A stretch of DNA of 64,000 nt from Fidelibacterota bacterium (lineage in GTDB: Bacteria > Fidelibacterota > UBA8477 > JABMPR01), in the NCBI GenBank assembly GCA_021734325.1, contig JAIPJF010000001.1, forward strand, positions 88,232-152,231, given 5' to 3'. The notes under the pieces were generated by a model that was given only the letters and a program-made list of their open reading frames with translations, was not told the DNA's origin and searched no databases. Below are positions 56,713 to 64,000 of this stretch, in pieces. A program made the translations under genes and the position numbers. Each line of letters begins with the position of its first letter. The first letter of the stretch is position 1.

Positions 56713-58533
56713 ATGTCAGATACCATACATAATTTTCACATACCGGTCATGGGTACGGGTCATTCAATTGACACACCTATCAGATTGGCGCATTTGGGCA
56801 TTACTTCAGTTATTTCGATCATTGATGATGTTCTGTTGGAAAGACTGCGCAAGTATTATACAGCACAGTATAATCTACCATTTGAGAGAATATCTCCCCG
56901 TGAAGAGGATGGTCGCGCAAAAAGGATTACAGCCTATCTTGATATGGTCCATGATATCGTGGAGATTAAGATGGAACGGGTAAGATCTCTGCCTTTTTTC
57001 GAAAAGAATGAGAAATCCAGATATTTTGAGCTCCTCCCAGATACGAGTACTTTAAAGCAGTCCTACGTGGAACTCATGAAATTAAAACCCGGAGTTATCC
57101 GTGACAAATTCGCTCAGGAATTGAGCGGGAGAATGCGACCTGGAAGTATTGACGTAAATATTATGGTGAAAGTGGACCGATTGAGGGCGGATAAACATGG
57201 CAAACCCCTGAGTGAAGAATTTTCAGATGCCAAAGCCGCTTTGCGAGGCTATGCGAAGAGTAAAGTGGATTCAGCCATGATATTTTCAGCGGGAATCAAC
57301 CAGAGCCTCTATGGTTACATGACCAGATATAAGGATTTTTACCGCGATCAAGAGGGAAAGATCAGGAAAAAGATCATCCTTAAGGTTAGTGATTTTCGTT
57401 CGGCCATGATTCAGGGTCGCTATATGGCTAAAAAGGGGTTGGAAATCTCAGAATTCAGAATTGAATCTGGACTAAATTGTGGAGGTCATGCATTCGCCTC
57501 TCCAGGGCATTTGCTCCCGGTATTACTGAATGATTTCAAGGAAAAACGTAAAGAACTTGGGACTCAATTCCAGCCGATCATCAGAAAATTTTACGATACC
57601 ATGGGTTGGAGTTATCCGGAAAGTCTTGAGCATCATCCTGAAATTACCGTTCAGGGAGGTATTGGTAATCATGGTGAGGTCCAACGCCTGGAAAAAGGAT
57701 TTAATATCGATCGAACAGGCTGGGCCACTCCCTTCCTCCTGGTGCCTGAGGCAACTCCCATCGATAGTGCAACCAGGATTCAATTGATGAATTCAAGGGA
57801 TGATGCCCTCTATCTGAGTGGCGCTTCGCCCCTTGGAGTTCCCTTCAATAATCTCAGAGAAAGCGGTTCCGAAAAGTGGACCATGGGCCGCTACGAAAAA
57901 GGGAAACCAGGGTCACCTTGTCCCAAGGGATTTTTAGTCTCCAATACAGAATTTACTGAACAACCAATTTGTACTGCCTCTTCAGAGTATATTGTTCAAA
58001 AACTTGAGCAGATCAATACGGGTATGGAACCAGGACCAGAAAAAGACCAGGCCATCGACAAAGTCCTGGCTAAAACCTGCCTCTGTGAACATCTAGGCAA
58101 TGGGGTCTTGATCAGTCTTGGTATCGTACCGGCAAAAAGATCACCCCAAGCTATCTGTCCAGGTCCAAATTTAGCCTGGTTCAATCGTTATTACTCCCTT
58201 GAGGAAATGGTGGATCAAATTTATGGTCGTGGGAAGGAGCTACTCTCCAAGGACCGTCCACACATGTTTGCCAAAGAGATTCAATTATATGTGGACCATT
58301 TCAGGTCTCTCATTGACTCTGCAATAAACAATCCGAGGGAATATCCAAGCCTCCATACCTTTTATGAAAATATGCAGCGGGGTTTTGAATTCTGTAAATC
58401 AATTGCAAAGAGTGTCGCTTTCAAAGGTGAGAACCTGCCATCTCTGAGTGAAGCGATTGAAAAGCATGGGAAAAGGCTGGAAGAAATTTATCAGAATTTC
58501 AAATTGCGCGTCGGCGAGGAAGTGACATCTTGA
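56713..58533 (+). CDS. Conserved-looking 606-aa protein of unknown function, with possible distant nitronate-monooxygenase/FabK-like TIM-barrel features
   Basis: Segments HIPVMGTGHSIDTP, ESGLNCGGHAF, TVQGGIGNHGE and TGWATPFLLVPEAT loosely parallel NMO-family motifs (PIIQAPM, EAGGH, AAGGI, GT.FL...ES). The C-terminal third is Cys-containing (CPKG, CTAS, CLCEHLG, CPGP). Confidence 0.35.
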   Translation: MSDTIHNFHIPVMGTGHSIDTPIRLAHLGITSVISIIDDVLLERLRKYYTAQYNLPFERISPREEDGRAKRITAYLDMVHDIVEIKMERVRSLPFFEKNEKSRYFELLPDTSTLKQSYVELMKLKPGVIRDKFAQELSGRMRPGSIDVNIMVKVDRLRADKHGKPLSEEFSDAKAALRGYAKSKVDSAMIFSAGINQSLYGYMTRYKDFYRDQEGKIRKKIILKVSDFRSAMIQGRYMAKKGLEISEFRIESGLNCGGHAFASPGHLLPVLLNDFKEKRKELGTQFQPIIRKFYDTMGWSYPESLEHHPEITVQGGIGNHGEVQRLEKGFNIDRTGWATPFLLVPEATPIDSATRIQLMNSRDDALYLSGASPLGVPFNNLRESGSEKWTMGRYEKGKPGSPCPKGFLVSNTEFTEQPICTASSEYIVQKLEQINTGMEPGPEKDQAIDKVLAKTCLCEHLGNGVLISLGIVPAKRSPQAICPGPNLAWFNRYYSLEEMVDQIYGRGKELLSKDRPHMFAKEIQLYVDHFRSLIDSAINNPREYPSLHTFYENMQRGFEFCKSIAKSVAFKGENLPSLSEAIEKHGKRLEEIYQNFKLRVGEEVTS

Positions 58534-58554
58534 TCCAGTGATATTTTGAAAGAC

Positions 58555-58589
58555 AAAAAAAAGCGCGGAAAATTTTCCGCGCTTTTTTT
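58555..58589. terminator. Bidirectional rho-independent terminator between convergent genes
   Basis: A-run, then AGCGCGGAAA-AT-TTTCCGCGCT, then a T-run. Confidence 0.85.
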
Positions 58590-58609
58590 CATGTCATAAT
58601 GATTCAGGA

Positions 58610-59980
<1,371 letters not shown>

Positions 59981-60083
59981 TCAACTCACTCTCCTGTTGC
60001 CGCTGTTCTATCGCCACATCTGAGAAACCAGTTACTGAAATATCCGGTGTGTTTATTCTTAGTTTCATTCCCTATTTAGTGAG

Positions 60084-60098
60084 ACAAATCCTGTGCCA
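60084..60098 (-). promoter_or_regulatory. -24/-12-like element upstream of gdhA (TGGCAC-N5-TTGT)
   Basis: The minus strand reads TGGCACAGGATTTGT, about 135 nt upstream of the gdhA ATG. Just upstream of it (in the gdhA direction) are two CRCATATT repeats. Confidence 0.35.
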
Positions 60099-60306
60099 TT
60101 GTCGCAGAATATGCGAAAATATGTGCGCTTGGATAATAATTCATGATGGACATTATTCACTAAAATTATTCTGACAGAGATAGAAATTATGACTCTGTTT
60201 ATCCAATTTGTTTATTCCATAATGATCCGCTGGACCACGGGCGCAATTAATTTGGATGTCCAAGCTGTTCTATCTAGTTTCTTAGCTTGAATATAAGGAT
60301 AAATTG

Positions 60307-63300
60307 GTGAAATCTTCGCTTCAGACACTGATAAGTAATGTCATTGGTAAATCACAGAATATTGAATCGGAACTGACCCAGTATTTTAATGCTCTTGATT
60401 CAATCCATCCCAAGGATAAAGCGACCTGGAGTGAGGAAATTTTGGTGTATGCCTCTGAAATCCTAAAATCAGAGAATTCAATGGCACAAATCCTCCTCTT
60501 GGAACAGGGGTGGAATCCATCCTTTACAGTACTGCTCAAGGAAAGCAACATTCAGAACGCTTGGTTTGACCTGGAAATGCGTTTGATACGCAGATTAAAT
60601 TATACTCCGGGGAAGCTCTTTTTTAGACGAGAGGCGCAACTAAAAACAAAGAACCTCTTTACTTTCAAAGATGGACGGGAATGGGAAAGCCGTTCCTGGT
60701 CAGCCGTCCGGAATATTGTGGATCCTCTTGCTGCTGGATTAATAGATCTGGTGGGAAGCACAAATCCCCGATTCGCCATATTATCGGAGAATCGAATTGA
60801 AGTTGCCTATACGGACATCTGCTGTCTCAGCTATGGGTTTGTTAATGTACCTATGCAACCGGCTGCACCCCCTCTTCAATTGGCCTATATCCTTCAGCAT
60901 GCTGAAATTGAAGGCTTGTTCATCTCCGATTTGCAGCACTTGAAAGCAATCGAAGGTTTGCTTCCCGATCTTCCCTTTTTGAAACACATCATCACCTTTG
61001 AGGATCTAGTTAGCTCAAACCCCATGGTACATTCATTCAAACATATTATCAAAGAAGGCAGCAATAGTGAGAGTCTCAACTGGTTAGAGGGCATCAGATT
61101 GTCAGTCTCTCTCGATGATATCGCCAGTATTATGTACACCTCTGGAACAACAGGGCATCCCAAGGGGATCGTTTTCACCCATGAGAATATCATTTCTAAA
61201 CGATTTGCCCGTAGTCTGGTTTTTAACCTGGGAGAAATGGATCGGTTTTTATGTTTTCTTCCTCTTTTTCACACATTTGGTCGATTTCTTGAAATGTGGG
61301 GTTCCATCTTCTGGGGAGCAGAGTACACTTTTTCAAGTGGCAAGGGTATTCAATCCCTGTTGGCAGATATTCAGGATACTCAGCCTTCGGTTCTCATCAG
61401 TATCCCGAAACGTTGGCAGGATATCTATGAAAACATTGCCTCTAAAGTTGATGTCGAACATGGGGAGGCCGAAGTAATCCATCCCGTTGTGGAGAAGGTA
61501 ATCGGCGAAAATCTTCACTGGGGACTATCAGCAGCGGGGTACCTTCCACCGGAGGTCTTTAGATTTTTTCAAGTACATGGCCTAAACCTCCATAGCGGAT
61601 ATGGCATGACCGAGGCGACAGGCGGGATCACGATGACCCCGACAGGTAATTATATTGAGAACTCAGTTGGAATCCCTCTCCCAGGTATGGAGGTTCAGTT
61701 GGCCGAAGATGGTGAGCTCTGGATCAAGGGTGTTTATGTTTCTAAAAGCTACTGGAAACCTGAAATAACTGATGATCGACCTGAAGGTTGGTTTACGACT
61801 GGAGACATTTTTCAACCACTTGACAATGGCCAGATCGAAATCATCGACCGCAAAAAAGAAATCTATAAAAATGCCAAAGGCCAGACGATTGCTCCCCAAA
61901 AAATTGAGAATATGTTTCGCGATTTTGATAGTATAAAACAACTCTTTATCGTTGGTGACCACAGACCCTATAACACAGCCTTGGTCAGGCTTAACCGGAA
62001 ACATGCAGACCTAAAACATCTCAGCAATGATCAGGATACGCGCGATTATGTAGCCAGTGTCATTCACTCTGTGAATTCCTTTCTGGCACCCTTCGAGCGC
62101 ATCGTCGATTTTCTCCTCGTTGATAGAGATTTTGATAAAGCTCATGATGAGTTGACTGAAAAGGGGACCTTTAAAAGGAGCTCGATACTGAAGAATTTCG
62201 ATTTTCTCGTTCAGGAGCTCTATGAAAAGGCATACAAATCCTATTATATGGGTAAACTTGAGATCCAAATCCCAAACTGGATATTCAGGCAAAGAGGCTG
62301 GACACAAAATGATCTGGAAGTGGATGGTTCGTTTCTGCGCCATCGAAATCAGCGCTTTTCATTGAAGATTAAGCCTGGGAAAAATGAAATTCGAATTGGT
62401 AGTTTCAATTATTGGTTCCTGGGTTCTGTATTTCTATTCGATGATTTTATTCGGCAACCGGCATATTGTATTGGAAACAGGGAATTGGAAGCCTTCGCGG
62501 ACTACTCCCATCTCAGGATAAAACCGTTGATGCAACCGCCGGTCTGGTTGCCGGGATCCTGGACAGGTCTCGAATACAGTGAAGTAGAAATAACTCAGTA
62601 TGAGGCCCAGGTTCTGGCAGCACTCGAGAATTCTGATAATTCACTCGAGGCCCTGAATCCGGTGATCAATTTGATCTATGCAAAGTGCTTGCATCCATCA
62701 CAACCGGCTTTTCGATTGCTTGCCAGAATTTATTCAGCTGCAAGTGAAAATATCAGGCACATCATTCGCTACGCCTTTCTACGATTAATCGGATCAGATG
62801 ATATAGAACAATCTAGGTTTGCTGCAGAGCAGGTATTGGCGCTTTATCCAGCCAATGAGCTGGAAAAAATCGTTCAATATGCTCTGGAACCAAAACTTCT
62901 GTTTCCACTGGATTACGAGAATTCCAGGTGGTCTAATTTAAATAAATACAAAGTATCCCTTGCAATCAACTACTTGAGATGGTTGTCAAATCAGGAAACA
63001 AGTGTCAAGACTCCATCTATTCTCATTCAGAATGTTTTGGGAATATTATATTCATGGTCCTCACAATTTCCCCAATATTTTGCGAGTATTCGCTCCGGTT
63101 TGATCAGTGCTACCATTGGTCTTCCCGAAAGCTCAAAATTGAATCTGCTCATTCTTGAGGTATTTGAAAGGATTAGCTCCAATTTCTCAGAGGCCATGGT
63201 TGTGTCAGAATCTTCAGGTGAGAATCCGTATGAGGTCACGACCTTAACCTGGGACGATGTACTCGTTTTTGATAAATCGGTCAGCTCAGACCACCGTCAC

Positions 63301-64000
63301 CGCATCTTTTCTGCTTTCAGCAAGACAAAATTCTTGAGTGAATCCATGTTTTTGTTCTTTAATGGGAAGCGAATCTCCCTGCAGCATATCGCACCCCAGG
63401 GGATCTGGGTAACCCCCTTGAGAAGCGGTAGCGGGAAATATGTCTATAGAGCCACAGTGCAGAGCAATGAGCAGAGCTATAAATTCGTGATAAACCTTGC
63501 CGACGATCTTTCACCGGAGCAGCTGAAGGCAGAAATATTCTGGTTAATGGCATGCGCAAAGGACGATCATCTTGAACAACTGGTTGAAGCCGTCGGCTCC
63601 TATCAGGATAAATACAAACTCTGGTCAGAGGAATTTATCCCTGGGTTGACGGTAAAACATTATCTTGAGCAGGCCACCTGGACAGGCACTTCAGATGAGA
63701 ACCCCTCTCCGGAATTTCTCTGGCCGCATTTTCTTTGGACCGGAATACTCACCTACACGGCTTTCTGGAGACGCACCAGATTTACCAGAATGATTTGTAT
63801 TCCCCTGCCGCAAAAAATCATCGTCCCCATTCATGATTATCATGGTGGCGGGAGACTCGTTTCCATTACAGGTATTTGCCCTGTTAAAAATGATCTCTCC
63901 TTCCTAGAGAATCTTGAACTGCATTTTGCTACAAACACGCAGCAAGCTTTTCCCCAGTTCAATCTGAAGGTGGATACCAATATTATCTATCATGCCATCC
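60307..64000 (+). CDS. Giant fusion protein: long-chain acyl-CoA-synthetase-like adenylation domain plus at least 600 aa of uncharacterised C-terminal region. The 3' end lies beyond the window and the gene is missing from the ORF track.
   Basis: I translated frame +1 codon by codon from 60286 to 64000 and found no stop. Candidate start is GTG 60307 (RBS AAGGA); the alternative is ATG 60481. Motifs: MYTSGTTGHPKG (61132-), GYGMTEATGG, GWFTTGD...IIDRKKEIYKNAKGQTIAPQKIEN, and LTEKGTFKRS. From about 62230 onward no domain is recognised with confidence. Confidence 0.8.
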   Translation, partial: MKSSLQTLISNVIGKSQNIESELTQYFNALDSIHPKDKATWSEEILVYASEILKSENSMAQILLLEQGWNPSFTVLLKESNIQNAWFDLEMRLIRRLNYTPGKLFFRREAQLKTKNLFTFKDGREWESRSWSAVRNIVDPLAAGLIDLVGSTNPRFAILSENRIEVAYTDICCLSYGFVNVPMQPAAPPLQLAYILQHAEIEGLFISDLQHLKAIEGLLPDLPFLKHIITFEDLVSSNPMVHSFKHIIKEGSNSESLNWLEGIRLSVSLDDIASIMYTSGTTGHPKGIVFTHENIISKRFARSLVFNLGEMDRFLCFLPLFHTFGRFLEMWGSIFWGAEYTFSSGKGIQSLLADIQDTQPSVLISIPKRWQDIYENIASKVDVEHGEAEVIHPVVEKVIGENLHWGLSAAGYLPPEVFRFFQVHGLNLHSGYGMTEATGGITMTPTGNYIENSVGIPLPGMEVQLAEDGELWIKGVYVSKSYWKPEITDDRPEGWFTTGDIFQPLDNGQIEIIDRKKEIYKNAKGQTIAPQKIENMFRDFDSIKQLFIVGDHRPYNTALVRLNRKHADLKHLSNDQDTRDYVASVIHSVNSFLAPFERIVDFLLVDRDFDKAHDELTEKGTFKRSSILKNFDFLVQELYEKAYKSYYMGKLEIQIPNWIFRQRGWTQNDLEVDGSFLRHRNQRFSLKIKPGKNEIRIGSFNYWFLGSVFLFDDFIRQPAYCIGNRELEAFADYSHLRIKPLMQPPVWLPGSWTGLEYSEVEITQYEAQVLAALENSDNSLEALNPVINLIYAKCLHPSQPAFRLLARIYSAASENIRHIIRYAFLRLIGSDDIEQSRFAAEQVLALYPANELEKIVQYALEPKLLFPLDYENSRWSNLNKYKVSLAINYLRWLSNQETSVKTPSILIQNVLGILYSWSSQFPQYFASIRSGLISATIGLPESSKLNLLILEVFERISSNFSEAMVVSESSGENPYEVTTLTWDDVLVFDKSVSSDHRHRIFSAFSKTKFLSESMFLFFNGKRISLQHIAPQGIWVTPLRSGSGKYVYRATVQSNEQSYKFVINLADDLSPEQLKAEIFWLMACAKDDHLEQLVEAVGSYQDKYKLWSEEFIPGLTVKHYLEQATWTGTSDENPSPEFLWPHFLWTGILTYTAFWRRTRFTRMICIPLPQKIIVPIHDYHGGGRLVSITGICPVKNDLSFLENLELHFATNTQQAFPQFNLKVDTNIIYHAI

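Overview
This 64-kb window looks like ordinary chromosome from a diderm bacterium with moderate GC by eye. It carries about 50 tightly packed genes. I found no rRNA, tRNA, CRISPR array, IS element or prophage signature.

By content the organism looks like an uncultivated peptide/amino-acid-fermenting heterotroph. It has some FCB-group-like traits: a CarboxypepD_reg-type TonB receptor, a BtuG-like propeller lipoprotein and one TTG/TAnnTTTG-type promoter. The lineage call is low confidence.

Layout, left to right:
1. 1-6457 (-): a seven-gene operon. It encodes a GbsR/MarR-like regulator, an SDR reductase, an atypical KASIII-like enzyme, a Na+/solute symporter, an acyl-CoA ligase, a lipoprotein and a porin. 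The porin runs off the left edge and is absent from the ORF track.
2. 6.8-12.8 kb: a stress island. It holds cspA, groEL followed by groES (inverted order), two Hsp20 genes (one membrane-anchored) and a clpB lacking the N-domain.
3. 13-19 kb: an ion/osmotic cluster. It holds a UPF0316 protein, a pore-loop protein with RCK_C, an MscS-family channel, an OmpA-like lipoprotein, and an M14/AstE-like deacylase coupled to a RimK ligase fused to RCK_C.
4. 19-32.7 kb: tamB then a tamA-like gene, corA, an exported D-aminoacylase, HBD-RNase HI, typA and a THUMP methyltransferase.
5. 32.8-36.2 kb: cobalamin riboswitch, btuB and a BtuG-like propeller lipoprotein.
6. 36.4-42.3 kb: alanine symporter, IMPase, a long M1 peptidase and a DUF503 protein.
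7. 42.3-46.6 kb (-): HD hydrolase, IT-type permease, two unknowns and a PduO adenosyltransferase.
8. 46.9-52.8 kb (-): usp, then an ald / CoA-transferase / 2-oxoacid:ferredoxin oxidoreductase operon.
9. 53-60 kb: a receiver-PPDK_N protein, a small OMP, a 606-aa NMO-like protein and gdhA.
10. 60307-64000 (+): an open frame of more than 1,230 codons, also absent from the ORF track. It encodes a long-chain acyl-CoA-synthetase-like domain fused to a large uncharacterised C-terminal region.

No obvious defence or mobile system is present. The most unusual items are:
- the giant acyl-CoA-synthetase fusion;
- the RimK-RCK_C plus deacylase pair;
- the Cys-only KASIII-like operon;
- the receiver-PPDK_N protein;
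- the groEL-groES inversion and the N-domain-less clpB;
- a recurring TGGCAY-N5-YTTGT/TCGC (-24/-12-like) motif upstream of clpB, groEL, ald and gdhA.

All functional calls rest on motifs recognised by eye. No database search was run.
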